Assembly: GCA_026391355.1 (NCBI GenBank)
Contig: JAPLDH010000010.1
Span: 1 to 46,654, forward strand
Source of the DNA: Bacteroidota bacterium
Lineage (GTDB): Bacteria; Bacteroidota; Bacteroidia; Bacteroidales; FEN-979
Length of the DNA: 46,654 nt
Direction: 5' to 3'
A model generated the notes under the pieces. It did no database searches. It was not told the origin of the DNA and saw only the letters and a list, made by a program, of their open reading frames with translations. Shown piece by piece: positions 1-10,606 of this stretch (positions within the stretch are counted from its first letter, which is position 1; each line of letters opens with the position of its first letter). Position numbers and translations under genes: made by a program.

Positions 1-227
1 GAGCCTTTGTTTATGATTGCTTTTAATTCTTCCACTTCGCCTTTGGTTAATTTTACTGTGTATCGTATCATGTTTGTATATTTTTTGCAAATATACAAAT
101 TTTATTTTAATCCGTCATATTATATTTAACTTAACACTAGGTTATTTTAGTTGACCCTTATTAATTCATTTTGTTCATTTAATAGGCTGGTGGATGGTTA
201 TTCAATTTTTCCATTATGATTTGCAAG

Positions 228-257
228 GTTAGGATCAAATTTGATCAATATCCTAAC
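228..257. promoter_or_regulatory. Nested palindrome. GATCAAATTTGATC (233-246) lies inside an outer GTTAGGAT...ATCCTAAC pair (228-235 / 250-257). Candidate operator about 240 nt upstream of the giant gene.
   Basis: A perfect 14-bp palindrome and an 8-bp outer inverted repeat, read directly from the sequence. No binding protein is identifiable. Confidence 0.2.
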
Positions 258-449
258 AAAGAGGCAGTTATAAAGTATTTAATATACAAAATTTCAAATT
301 GTCAGGAACTAATCAGGATTAACAAAATATTAGTCTCGTGATATTTTAACGATAATATTTTGCCAAAACAATGGAATGTTATACATTTAAAGACGAGAAT
401 CTTTTGTTTTGCAACTTATTGATTTTATAATAATGCTGAATTACAAGAA

Positions 450-480
450 GTTGTTTTTTATAATCAGTTTTCTATATTTG
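450..480 (+). promoter_or_regulatory. Candidate Bacteroidetes sigma-A promoter. A -33-like TTG at 451-453 is followed after a 19-nt spacer by the -7 box TATATTTG at 473-480. The box ends 5 nt before the ATG at 486.
   Basis: The box matches the established Bacteroides -7 consensus TAnnTTTG. The -33 element is imperfect (gTTG). The geometry implies a leaderless or very short leader. Confidence 0.3.
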
Positions 481-485
481 AATAT

Positions 486-3400
486 ATGAATAAAGTAAGC
501 AAATTAAAACAGTTAAGGAAAGTTATTCTTCTGTTTTTAAGTCTTATAGATGCAACTTCTTATTGCCAGCTTACAGGCATCAAAACCATCCCCGGAAATT
601 ATGCTACCATTGCCGCTGCTGTAGCTGATCTGAACATACAAGGAGTTGGGGCAGGCGGAGTAACCTTCAATGTGGCCGCCGGGTATACAGAAACTCTGAC
701 ATCGAGGTTGAACCTGACTGCCACAGGAACAGCTTCGAATCCGATAGTTTTCCAGAAAATCGGTACCGGGAATAACCCGAAGATAACCGCCTACGTTGGG
801 TTATCTACACCTGGATCACTCGTACCAGACGGGATCTGGTGCCTGCAGGGTTCGGATTATGTGACCATAAACGGGATCGACCTCTACGATCCCAACTCCT
901 CGAATCCCGCTTCGATGGAATATGGTTACGGTCTCTTCAAGAACAGTTTAACGGATGGATGTCAGCACAATTTAATTGAGAATTGTTATATAACCCTGAA
1001 CAGAGTTAATAATGCTGCCGGCACGGCCCCGATGGTTGACGGTTCCGTTGGGATCCTTGTCATCAATGCTCTCCCAAATGCAGCAACCATTGCTATTACA
1101 ACCACATCAGGCAGTGGGTCAAACTCATACAACCATTTTTATTCAAACACTGTTGATAACTGTAATATCGGGATAGCCCTTATCGGCTATGCAGATCTTG
1201 ATCCATTTTTTCTGGCAGACCAGGGCAATGATGTTGGAGGCAACTCTATTTCAACTGGAAATACCATTAAAAATTTCGGTGGGGCGCCCAATGCAGCCAA
1301 CCCGGCAGCCGGGGTGCAAACAATGGCTCAATATGGCATCAATATCTCCTATAATACAGTTAATAATAACGACGGCAACGGGGTAAACCACGTGAACACA
1401 CTTAGGGGGATATACACAAACACAGATGCCAGCCCAGGTGAGACCGTGACCTACAACACCATTACCCTGAAAAGCGCCGTCACAACAGCGAATGTCTCAG
1501 TTATTGAGAATGCAGGGGGGAGCGACCCATTGGGCAACACGATCAACATCAGCAACAATACGATCCAGAACTGCACCAATGACCTGATGTCCTCGGGTTA
1601 CTGGTATGGGATCTATAACAATGGGGCGACCCCGTCCAATCTCACCATAAATGGCAATACATTCACAGGTAACAGTTCAAAAATTACGCTTGGCTATGTT
1701 TACCTGATCTATAACACCGGCGTTGTTGCCTCGGCCATTACAATGAACAACAACAACCTTAGTTTTAGCTTCCCTGGTGAGTTACCTTTCCTCGGGTATT
1801 TCTATGGAATAGCCAATTCCTCTGGGACGAGCTCAACCACGACCACGGTCAACCTTAACAATAACGACTTTTCAAATATCAACTTTTCAACCATTAGCAC
1901 AAGTAGCATCCTTAATTTTATCTATAACACAAACACCAGCGTTTACCTGAATATAAACAATAACACCTGGACAAACCTCAACCTAAATCATACCTCTTCA
2001 GAATACCTGATTAATAACTCTTCATCTACACAGATTGCACTGAATGTCAACAATAATTCTATTTCCGGAACCTTTACCAGGACAGGGGCTGCGGGAGCAA
2101 TGTATTGCTACTATGGTCGTGGATTTGAGTACACCAGCACACAGAATATTACAAACAATAATTTTCAGGGTATAACTGCTTCAACTGCAGGAACTGGTGC
2201 ATTTTACGGGATGTATATTTATAACGGAACAACTTCCCCATACCCAAAATGGACCATCAACGGCAACACATTTAACAATATCAATTACAATACAACCGGA
2301 GGCTTTTACGGGATCTACCCGAGCTATCTCGGCGACGGATCGACCAATTCCGCTACTGTGATCTCAAATAATACCATTTCAAATATCACCTGCGCTTGTG
2401 ACTTTTATGGCATTTATCCGGGATCAACCTCATCCCCTATCTTTGCTCCAAGGATTTATGATAACTCTGTTTTTAACATTTCAAGTTCCTATGCCGGTAC
2501 TATTTACGGTATTTTCCTCTCAGCGGGGGGGCAGGGAGTATACTGTTATAATAACCAGGTGTACGGCATATCGGGAAGCAACGCCTCCAGCCTTGTTTAT
2601 GGGATCTATGCAGCGACTGCCGGTTATCCATACTATATAAACAATAATTTTATTACGGATATTAAAGCACCTGCTGCAACCGGTGCTAATGCTGTCGTTG
2701 GACTGTATATTAATGCCTCCACGGGTAACATTTATGCTTATTACGACACAATTTACATGAATGCCACCAGTTCAGGAACAGGATTCGGCTCATCAGGTAT
2801 TTATGCAGCAACAGGATCCACACTGGATATGAGAAATAACATCGTGGTCAACGTCTCGACCCCCACAGGATCAGGCTTTACGGTAGCCTACCGTAGAAGC
2901 AGCACTGCCCTGACCAGTTATTCCAACCTGTCGGATAATAACCTTTTTTATGTAGGAGCATTACCTGTTTCCCCATATTTCACCTTCTATGATGGGTCAG
3001 CTTCAAAAACCACGCTGGCTCTTTACCAGGATTTTGTCGCACCAAGGGATGCTCATGCCATCACAGAACTTCCTCCCTTTATGAATTTCTCAACCACACC
3101 ATACAACCTTCACATCAACCCAGCTGTTGCCACCAGGTGTGAAAGCGGAGGACAGCCTGTCACATCACCGGTCAGCGTACCGACTGACATTGACGGAGAT
3201 ACCCGCTCTTTATCTTTCCCTGATATTGGCGCAGACGAATTCAGTGGCCTTATCACGGATGTTGTCAGCCCTATCATTGTATATACCCCTCTTACAAACA
3301 CATCATCCACCTCTGCACGCACACTGACAGCCACTATTACAGACCCAAGCGGGGTGCCAACAAGCGGTCCTGCTCTTCCGGTACTTTACTGGAAGATAGG

Positions 3401-6400
3401 GGCAGGAAGCTATTCTGCTGCGACAACCACATCCCTCGGTTCCGGGCAGTACCAGTTCAGTTTCGGGTCAGGGGTGGTGGCCACTAATACGGTCTCTTAT
3501 TATATATGCGCCCAGGATAATGCTGGGACACCGAATGTCGGTTCATACCCGCCGGGTGGAGCTTCGGGTTTTACGGCCTCCCCCCCGGCCTGTTCCACTC
3601 TACCCTCCTCACCCAGCAGCTATACCATCATAGCAAACGGTCTTTCCGGAACCATCAATGTCGGGACAGGGCAGACCTATACGACTTTAACAGGTGCCAG
3701 CGGACTTTTTGCAGCAATCAATGCAGGTGTTGTAAAGGGGAATATCACTGCAATAATTACAAGTAATATTACAGAGACCGGTGCCAACCAGCTTAACCAG
3801 TGGATTGAAGAACCGATGGGGTCCAATTACATCCTGACCATCCAGCCCGATGGCACAACTGAAAGGGTTTTATCAGGAAGCTATGCAGGAGGCCTTATCA
3901 CCCTGAACGGCGCAGACAGGGTGACTTTTGACGGTCATTACAGCGGGGGTGGAAGATATCTCCGGTTTCGGAATACCAATGGTTCAAACCCTGACATACT
4001 TCTGCAGAATGATGCCACTAACAATACGATCCAGTACTGTTACCTCGAAGCCTACAATACCACAACCGGTGGCGTTGTTTCTTTTTCCACTTCAACCGGT
4101 ACGCTTGGAAACAGCAGCAACACCATTTCACACTGTATTATCCGTAACCGTACGGATGGCACTTATGCCATTGCATGCGGCATCTATTCCAGCGGGACAG
4201 CAACTACCCTGAATGCAAACAATACGATATCAGACAACGAAATCCTTAATTTCACAACCTATGGAGTAGACATAACCAGCATAGGCAATGGGGGCAACTG
4301 GAATATCTCAGGCAACAGCTTCTACAACAATCTTGGAACTGCCCCATCGGCAGCACAATATTCGATCTATTTTGTTCCAGGCTCTCTTTCCAACGGAAAC
4401 ACAATTTCTGGCAATTATATCGGTGGACAATCTGCAAACTGTGGCGGTTCGGCCTGGACAAACTCGGGGGCAGTCATCTTCGACGCGATCTATTATACAG
4501 GAGGGTGGAGCACGAGTTCCACAATCTCCAACAATACCATCCAGAATATTACCCTTTCAAGCACCTCCTCAGCAACTTTTAACGGGATTTATGTCACCAG
4601 TGGAGCTGTAAACATAACCGGCAATACAATTGGTAATCCCTCACTGTCCAACTGGATTACCTATGCAGGAATGGGAAACGCAAATTACTTGATTTTCCTC
4701 TCCTGTGCCATGTCTCCATCCTCAAGTGTCCAGGGAAATACGATAACAGGGCTCACCTTCACACGAACCAATAACGATATGACGAGTTTTATAGGCATTG
4801 TTCATTTGTTTGGTATGGCAAATATCGGTACTATTACAGGAAACGTTGTAGGGAGCACCTCAACTCCCAATGCTATATTGTATGCGGGTGCAGGAAATAT
4901 AACTGGTATCTATAGCTGCTCGTCAATAGGACCTAACAACTTGGATAACAATGTGATCGCCAATATCACTTTTACAGGTTCCTCAGGTTCACCTGGATTT
5001 TTCGGGATAAAAACATTTTATGATAACCTTCACAAAAACCAGATCTATAATATAGGCAGTAATACAACGAGCCTTACACCCTCTATTACGGGTATTTACA
5101 GTTCTGGTCCCGCATTGACGACAGTGGAGTATGTAAACAATGTTATATCGCTAAATGGAGGTTCGGCCCTTGCTCCGATCATTTATGGTATTTATGATAA
5201 TAGCAGCGCTCAGAATTCCTACAACCTATATTACAATTCAGTTAATATTACCGGAAATTCGTCATACTCAACCACCGTTGACTTCTACCGTTTATCAACT
5301 GCATATTATACATTGAAAAATAACCTTTTTATAAATAATAGACCCTATCCCGGCCCTGGGATAGGTAATTCAATCTCATCCGATGCCGGGATTTTAGTTT
5401 CCGACTATAATGATCTATATTCCCATACAGGTTATACAGCAACATATTACGGAGTTGCTGACTTCACCCTTGCAGATTGGCAGGATGACACGGGGCAGGA
5501 TCCTCACTCCATATCAGCCGACCCGTTATTCATCAGCAGTACAGATCTGAGACTGAACTTTGGTTCTCCTGCGGTGAGAACAGCTATACCCATCCCGGGT
5601 TACACAACCGACTTCCTTGGCAACACCAGGAGCGGGACCACTCCGACCCCAGGCGCATATGAAAATGCAGTGGATGTTTCAGGTCCGGTCATTTCTTACA
5701 CACCTGTTCCCAATACAACTTCCAACTCTTCCCAGACCCTGACTGCAATAATAACTGACTATACCGGTGTTCCTACTACAGGCCTAGGACTCCCTGTTCT
5801 CTATTGGAAGAATACTGGTTCATATACCGGGGTAACAGGCACCTGGATTTCAGGCAGTCAATACCAGTTCACCATCCCCGGAGCTATCGCCGGTACGACT
5901 ATTTATTATTACATATGTGCCCAGGATAATGATTCACCTACACCATTGGCCAGTTGCTATCCTTCAACCGGGGCTGGCACCCTGACAACAAACCCGCCTG
6001 CTACAGGCACTCCACCGGCAACCCCCAGTTCATATACTGTTTATAGCGGTTATTGTGGTACTTATCATGTTGGCGTAGGGAAGGATTATGCAACTATTAC
6101 TGCCGCCGTCGCAGCCATCAATGCAAATGTACTGACCTGCCCTGTCGTATTACTCCTGGATGATGCAGCTTATTCCTCAGAAACATTCCCGATAACCATC
6201 AATCCAAATTCAGGATCAAGCCCAACAAATACCATAACAATCCAACCCAATACAGGTACTTCGTCAGTCATCACAGGTTCCTTCAGCGGACCAATATTCA
6301 GAATCCTGAACAGCAATACATTTATAAATGGATCTAACACTGGCGGCACATCCCGTAACTTGATGATAACAAACACATCTGTTACCAAACCGAATGTAAT

Positions 6401-9400
6401 TCTGATTGGATCAATCAGAACAACACCCATTGTATACAGTGGGGTTTCAAATAGCATTCTTATAAACGGAACCCAGACAAGTACAGCTGTTGTAGTCTCT
6501 GACGGAACATACCTGGGCAGGGCGGGTTATTTCAATAATATCAGCGTCCAAAATAATAGCATCCAGTTAGCTGATACCGGGGTTTCATGTATCGGTATTC
6601 CAGTCACTGGTAATGGCAGTGGACTGCATGTTACCGGCAATGACCTGAATACGCCGGGAACCAATTCAATAAGACGTATTGGAGTTTATTTCCAGGGAAT
6701 TGATGGTGGAACGATCTCAAACAACAATATCGGCAATATATCTTCCGCTTTATCAGTTCATCCTATATATCTTGCAACTTCCACCGTGAATACAACGGTA
6801 TCAGGGAATACTATCTCTTCAGTGACTACCAGTTCTACATTTATGGATGGAATTTTCGTTTATAGTAATGTTACCAATTCCAATATCAGCATTACCGGTA
6901 ATACCATAACGGGTCTGACTTGCGCAGGCTATGGTTCCGCCGACGCAATAACTATCTTGGGCAATACAGGCAATATAACCGTCCAAAAGAATATTATCAA
7001 CAATATCAGGAATACCTATTATTTTGGCGCTTTTGTCAGCGGCATCGATCTTCAGTCAACCTCCCAGACTGCCAATATTTCTATCTATAACAATATCCTT
7101 TATGATATTGGAGTCTCTAATGCCAACAGTCGCGGAATTTACATCAAGGGGGGAGGTGGTTATAATGTGGATTACAATTCCGTCCGGCTTTCCTCCGACC
7201 AGACCTTGGCTTCCAGCGCATGTATCTATGTTTCCGAGGTAACGGCTCCATCCTCGATAGATCTTCGTAACAATATTTTTTACCTTGATGCCAGCATTAT
7301 TACGAATGGGCTTGCCATTTTCTGTAGTTCGGCACCTAATGTCTTCTCCAATATCAACAATAATGACTACTATTCGAGCGGTACCAATTTTGGTTATATC
7401 AATGGTGCCACTATTTCAACATTGGCTGCCTGGAAAGCTGCTACAGGCCAGGATGCCAATTCTATCAATGCAAATCCCATCTATTCGGGAGTCAGCGATC
7501 TTAGGTTGGACCTGGCTTCACCCTGCCTTGGAACGGGAACACCTTTAACTCTCGTAACCACAGACTACCTTGGAACTACCAGGAGCCTAACCACCCCTTC
7601 CATTGGAGCTTATGAAGCAGGTGTCGATGTCAGCGGTCCTGTTATCATTTATACACTGCTACCAAATACTACTTCAACCTCTTCAGTAAACCTGACCGCA
7701 ACCATTACCGATTATACGAGTGTTCCGACCGCAGGCAGCGGCCTGCCTGTGCTGTACTGGAGAATCGGCGCCTCAGGCGGCTTTACATCGGCCACAGCCA
7801 CATCCCTCGGGAGCAACCAGTACCAGCTTACCATCCCAGGTGCTACGGCCGGCTGTACCGTACAATATTACATCTGTGCACAGGACAATGATGCGACCCC
7901 GATGGTAAGCTGCAGTCCATCAGCTGGAGCAGCCGGGTTTACAAACAATCCGCCTGCAGCCCCCACTCCTCCCACTACACCCAATTCATACACCGTCTAT
8001 GCAACCCTTAGCTCAACTGTTACTGTCGGAACAGGGGGTAATTATCCATCCCTCACTGGTTCAGGCGGACTATTTGCTGCAATTAACAGCGGCATGCTGT
8101 CCAATAACGTACAGGCTACGATTATATCAGACCTCACAGAGAACGGGACGAACGCCCTGAATGCATGGCTGGAAAGCCCGACCGGAGGCAATTATACACT
8201 CACCATCATTCCTGACGGAACAACCCTCAGGACAATCGCAGGAACTGCAGTTGCAACAGGAACTGCCAAGATCCGGATTACCGGGGCCAGCAGGGTGACC
8301 ATCGACGGTAGCGGTGGGGCCGGCGGAGGCAGGTACCTGCTATTCCGCAACACCAATTCCACGACAGCCAATACAGGGCCAACATTCTTCTTCTCCGGCG
8401 GTGCTTCAAACGACAACCTGAAATACTGCTTCATTGAAAACAATGGAACGACCACAACTTACGGGGATATTGTCCTTTCAGGATCAACCAACAGCAATAT
8501 CGTCATCTCAGATAATTATATCAGGGATGCCCAGGGCGGTACGACCGGCAGACCATACAACGCCGTTTATGCAACCTCGACAGTTGGTGCATTCACCTTG
8601 TCGAACAATAACATTTATAACTTTTCAAATTACGGAGCTTACCTTAGCAGTGTCTCCGATTGTTGCACTATCTCAGGCAACAGTTTCTACTACAACTCCT
8701 CCATTCCTGCAACTGTCACTCAGTATGCCATTTATATCGGGGCAGGGAACAACCATTCCATAACAGGAAATTACATTGGAGGCCAAACACCAAGCTGTGG
8801 TGGCGGTGCCTGGACCAACAGCGGAACATCATCCGTAAATTTTTACGGCATGTACCTTAATGTTGGTTCTACAACTCCAGCCTCGGTCCAGAACAATACT
8901 ATTCAGAATATTACCATGTCCGGCACATCCAACACAGGTATTTTCACCGGTATTTTCATAAACCAGGGTGCTGTGAATGTAGGAACCGTTTCAGGAAACC
9001 TTATCGGACATCCCACTATTAGTGGGTCCATTACTCTTGCTGGGACAGGAAACAGCAGAGGAATTTACGCTGCTTCTTCAACTACGACGAACAACTTTGA
9101 GAACAATACCGTTGCAAATATTCTGTATACACAAACCAGCGGATCTCCTAATATCTATGGACTTTATCTTTACGCAGGAAATGCCAGGAAAAACAGGATC
9201 ATATCGCTCGGCGCCTCCAACAGCGGACTGACTCCGACAATCTACGGGATCAATAATGCCTCCACCGGTACCCCAGAAATCTCCAACAACCTGGTATCAA
9301 TCGTTGGCGGTTCAGCAACCAACCCTGTTCTTTATGGTATTTATGAGAACACTTCAGGTTGTTCGTTATTCTATTTCAATTCGGTTAATATTAGTGGCCC

Positions 9401-10103
9401 CGCCACGGGAACCTCGAATACTTACACGTTTTACAGGAGTTCAACCTCTCCAGACATCCTGAAGAACAATATCTTCTCGAACAACAGGGCCTCAGGGGGT
9501 ACGGGGAAGCATTACTCGGTTTATTCCGGGAACACGACTTCATGGACGTCCAGTTACAATGACCTCTATTCCGCTGCTGGGCCTTTGGGGTACTGGACAT
9601 CCGACCAGGACGCAATAACAACCTGGACAACAGCTTCCAACGGGGATGCAAATTCCGTATCTGTCGATCCCCAGTTTATTTCATCCACAGACCTGCACCC
9701 TTCAAGCTCTGAACTTGATGGAGCCGGTATTGCAGTTTCGGGTATTACAACCGATTATACTGGTATATTGCGCGGAAATCCTCCTGACATCGGAGCCTAC
9801 GAATTTTCTCCCAGTCCCAAGACCTGGAATGGAAGCCTTTCCACCGATTGGAATAATCCCTTAAACTGGACCCCAAATGGTGTACCTACATCAGGTGTTA
9901 GTGTGACCATTCCATCAGGAACACCCAACCCATGTATTGTAGGCAACAACGGGATGGTTTGTAACGACCTGACCCTTAACGGGACGACCTTCACCATCAA
10001 CAATTCGATGGTTATTACCGTTTATGGTAATCTCACCTTCATGAATAACGCCACGCTGGTGAATATGGGGTCGCTGACGGTTAATGGTCACATTATTAAA
10101 TAG
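486..10103 (+). CDS. Giant secreted right-handed parallel beta-helix repeat protein (3205 aa), adhesin-like. It is modular, with a repeated Ig-like YYICAQDN module and repeated D.LG.TR...P.IGAYE helix-capping segments. No T9SS C-terminal domain is visible.
   Basis: The ORF is uninterrupted over 9.6 kb. The N-terminus is signal-peptide-like (MNKVSKLKQLRKVILLFLSLI). Composition is Asn/Gly/Thr/Ser-rich with recurring NN.I.N beta-helix rungs. About 2.2-kb super-modules (nt ~3250-5650 and ~7620-9800) are about 50-60% identical at the protein level. The antisense ORFs inside it are spurious. Confidence 0.8.
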   Translation: MNKVSKLKQLRKVILLFLSLIDATSYCQLTGIKTIPGNYATIAAAVADLNIQGVGAGGVTFNVAAGYTETLTSRLNLTATGTASNPIVFQKIGTGNNPKITAYVGLSTPGSLVPDGIWCLQGSDYVTINGIDLYDPNSSNPASMEYGYGLFKNSLTDGCQHNLIENCYITLNRVNNAAGTAPMVDGSVGILVINALPNAATIAITTTSGSGSNSYNHFYSNTVDNCNIGIALIGYADLDPFFLADQGNDVGGNSISTGNTIKNFGGAPNAANPAAGVQTMAQYGINISYNTVNNNDGNGVNHVNTLRGIYTNTDASPGETVTYNTITLKSAVTTANVSVIENAGGSDPLGNTINISNNTIQNCTNDLMSSGYWYGIYNNGATPSNLTINGNTFTGNSSKITLGYVYLIYNTGVVASAITMNNNNLSFSFPGELPFLGYFYGIANSSGTSSTTTTVNLNNNDFSNINFSTISTSSILNFIYNTNTSVYLNINNNTWTNLNLNHTSSEYLINNSSSTQIALNVNNNSISGTFTRTGAAGAMYCYYGRGFEYTSTQNITNNNFQGITASTAGTGAFYGMYIYNGTTSPYPKWTINGNTFNNINYNTTGGFYGIYPSYLGDGSTNSATVISNNTISNITCACDFYGIYPGSTSSPIFAPRIYDNSVFNISSSYAGTIYGIFLSAGGQGVYCYNNQVYGISGSNASSLVYGIYAATAGYPYYINNNFITDIKAPAATGANAVVGLYINASTGNIYAYYDTIYMNATSSGTGFGSSGIYAATGSTLDMRNNIVVNVSTPTGSGFTVAYRRSSTALTSYSNLSDNNLFYVGALPVSPYFTFYDGSASKTTLALYQDFVAPRDAHAITELPPFMNFSTTPYNLHINPAVATRCESGGQPVTSPVSVPTDIDGDTRSLSFPDIGADEFSGLITDVVSPIIVYTPLTNTSSTSARTLTATITDPSGVPTSGPALPVLYWKIGAGSYSAATTTSLGSGQYQFSFGSGVVATNTVSYYICAQDNAGTPNVGSYPPGGASGFTASPPACSTLPSSPSSYTIIANGLSGTINVGTGQTYTTLTGASGLFAAINAGVVKGNITAIITSNITETGANQLNQWIEEPMGSNYILTIQPDGTTERVLSGSYAGGLITLNGADRVTFDGHYSGGGRYLRFRNTNGSNPDILLQNDATNNTIQYCYLEAYNTTTGGVVSFSTSTGTLGNSSNTISHCIIRNRTDGTYAIACGIYSSGTATTLNANNTISDNEILNFTTYGVDITSIGNGGNWNISGNSFYNNLGTAPSAAQYSIYFVPGSLSNGNTISGNYIGGQSANCGGSAWTNSGAVIFDAIYYTGGWSTSSTISNNTIQNITLSSTSSATFNGIYVTSGAVNITGNTIGNPSLSNWITYAGMGNANYLIFLSCAMSPSSSVQGNTITGLTFTRTNNDMTSFIGIVHLFGMANIGTITGNVVGSTSTPNAILYAGAGNITGIYSCSSIGPNNLDNNVIANITFTGSSGSPGFFGIKTFYDNLHKNQIYNIGSNTTSLTPSITGIYSSGPALTTVEYVNNVISLNGGSALAPIIYGIYDNSSAQNSYNLYYNSVNITGNSSYSTTVDFYRLSTAYYTLKNNLFINNRPYPGPGIGNSISSDAGILVSDYNDLYSHTGYTATYYGVADFTLADWQDDTGQDPHSISADPLFISSTDLRLNFGSPAVRTAIPIPGYTTDFLGNTRSGTTPTPGAYENAVDVSGPVISYTPVPNTTSNSSQTLTAIITDYTGVPTTGLGLPVLYWKNTGSYTGVTGTWISGSQYQFTIPGAIAGTTIYYYICAQDNDSPTPLASCYPSTGAGTLTTNPPATGTPPATPSSYTVYSGYCGTYHVGVGKDYATITAAVAAINANVLTCPVVLLLDDAAYSSETFPITINPNSGSSPTNTITIQPNTGTSSVITGSFSGPIFRILNSNTFINGSNTGGTSRNLMITNTSVTKPNVILIGSIRTTPIVYSGVSNSILINGTQTSTAVVVSDGTYLGRAGYFNNISVQNNSIQLADTGVSCIGIPVTGNGSGLHVTGNDLNTPGTNSIRRIGVYFQGIDGGTISNNNIGNISSALSVHPIYLATSTVNTTVSGNTISSVTTSSTFMDGIFVYSNVTNSNISITGNTITGLTCAGYGSADAITILGNTGNITVQKNIINNIRNTYYFGAFVSGIDLQSTSQTANISIYNNILYDIGVSNANSRGIYIKGGGGYNVDYNSVRLSSDQTLASSACIYVSEVTAPSSIDLRNNIFYLDASIITNGLAIFCSSAPNVFSNINNNDYYSSGTNFGYINGATISTLAAWKAATGQDANSINANPIYSGVSDLRLDLASPCLGTGTPLTLVTTDYLGTTRSLTTPSIGAYEAGVDVSGPVIIYTLLPNTTSTSSVNLTATITDYTSVPTAGSGLPVLYWRIGASGGFTSATATSLGSNQYQLTIPGATAGCTVQYYICAQDNDATPMVSCSPSAGAAGFTNNPPAAPTPPTTPNSYTVYATLSSTVTVGTGGNYPSLTGSGGLFAAINSGMLSNNVQATIISDLTENGTNALNAWLESPTGGNYTLTIIPDGTTLRTIAGTAVATGTAKIRITGASRVTIDGSGGAGGGRYLLFRNTNSTTANTGPTFFFSGGASNDNLKYCFIENNGTTTTYGDIVLSGSTNSNIVISDNYIRDAQGGTTGRPYNAVYATSTVGAFTLSNNNIYNFSNYGAYLSSVSDCCTISGNSFYYNSSIPATVTQYAIYIGAGNNHSITGNYIGGQTPSCGGGAWTNSGTSSVNFYGMYLNVGSTTPASVQNNTIQNITMSGTSNTGIFTGIFINQGAVNVGTVSGNLIGHPTISGSITLAGTGNSRGIYAASSTTTNNFENNTVANILYTQTSGSPNIYGLYLYAGNARKNRIISLGASNSGLTPTIYGINNASTGTPEISNNLVSIVGGSATNPVLYGIYENTSGCSLFYFNSVNISGPATGTSNTYTFYRSSTSPDILKNNIFSNNRASGGTGKHYSVYSGNTTSWTSSYNDLYSAAGPLGYWTSDQDAITTWTTASNGDANSVSVDPQFISSTDLHPSSSELDGAGIAVSGITTDYTGILRGNPPDIGAYEFSPSPKTWNGSLSTDWNNPLNWTPNGVPTSGVSVTIPSGTPNPCIVGNNGMVCNDLTLNGTTFTINNSMVITVYGNLTFMNNATLVNMGSLTVNGHIIK

Positions 10104-10243
10104 ATGATCCTTATGGCTAACCTGATTCTATTTTATTATTTTTTTACCAGCTTGAATATGAGGGATCAAATTGATCGGATTCTTCATAGAATGCCATCGG
10201 AATACTTTGCTTACAAGTAAAGATGATCTTACTACCTTTTTCC

Positions 10244-10546
10244 TTATCGACTTCTTCTCCCCAAGTCGAATCGATAGATTCGATCGTAACGAGGTGATCT
10301 GGTACCCGCCGCAATCCTGGTTCGAGCCTTTGAGTTTCTTCTTTGCAGGTTTGATCGTACCCTGTGTAAGATATAACCGGTGGAAATATAAACTCGCAGA
10401 TCATCTTTTCCCTGTCCAGGAACATACGCAAAGTTCGCTTCCTTTATCCCGAAGCCGACAGATTCGTGCCAGTCGGCAAAGACCTTTATCTGGCGGTCGA
10501 TACTCTCGATAGAGCGGTTGGACGCTCCGTTATTGCGGTTAAGCAA
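10244..10546 (-). mobile_element. Short decayed transposase-like remnant. The motif NRSIESIDRQIK resembles the TNAIESLNRQIK C-terminal motif of IS256/Mutator-family transposases. No intact ORF remains.
   Basis: Only a motif of about 15 aa is recognisable at the 5' end of this minus-strand ORF. Three short ORFs overlap in different frames across 10144-10546, which is typical of a degraded pseudogene. No inverted repeats were identified. Confidence 0.25.
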
Positions 10547-10606
10547 ACCGATGAAACCTGCCAGCCACAGACAGGTATCCGGAAATGAAATGACATGAAT
10601 CCGGGA

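Noticed and set aside
1189-9864. Numerous 60-110-aa ORFs on both strands inside the giant gene (e.g. 3110-3334 -, 6170-6457 -, 8192-8455 -).
   Set aside because: They are fully nested in a 9.6-kb ORF with strong repeat and compositional bias. They are shadow ORFs with no motifs.
9800-10103. T9SS C-terminal sorting domain on the giant protein.
   Set aside because: I looked for it because the other secreted proteins here have one. The C-terminus does not match the CTD pattern seen at 18050-18303 and 20583-20840.
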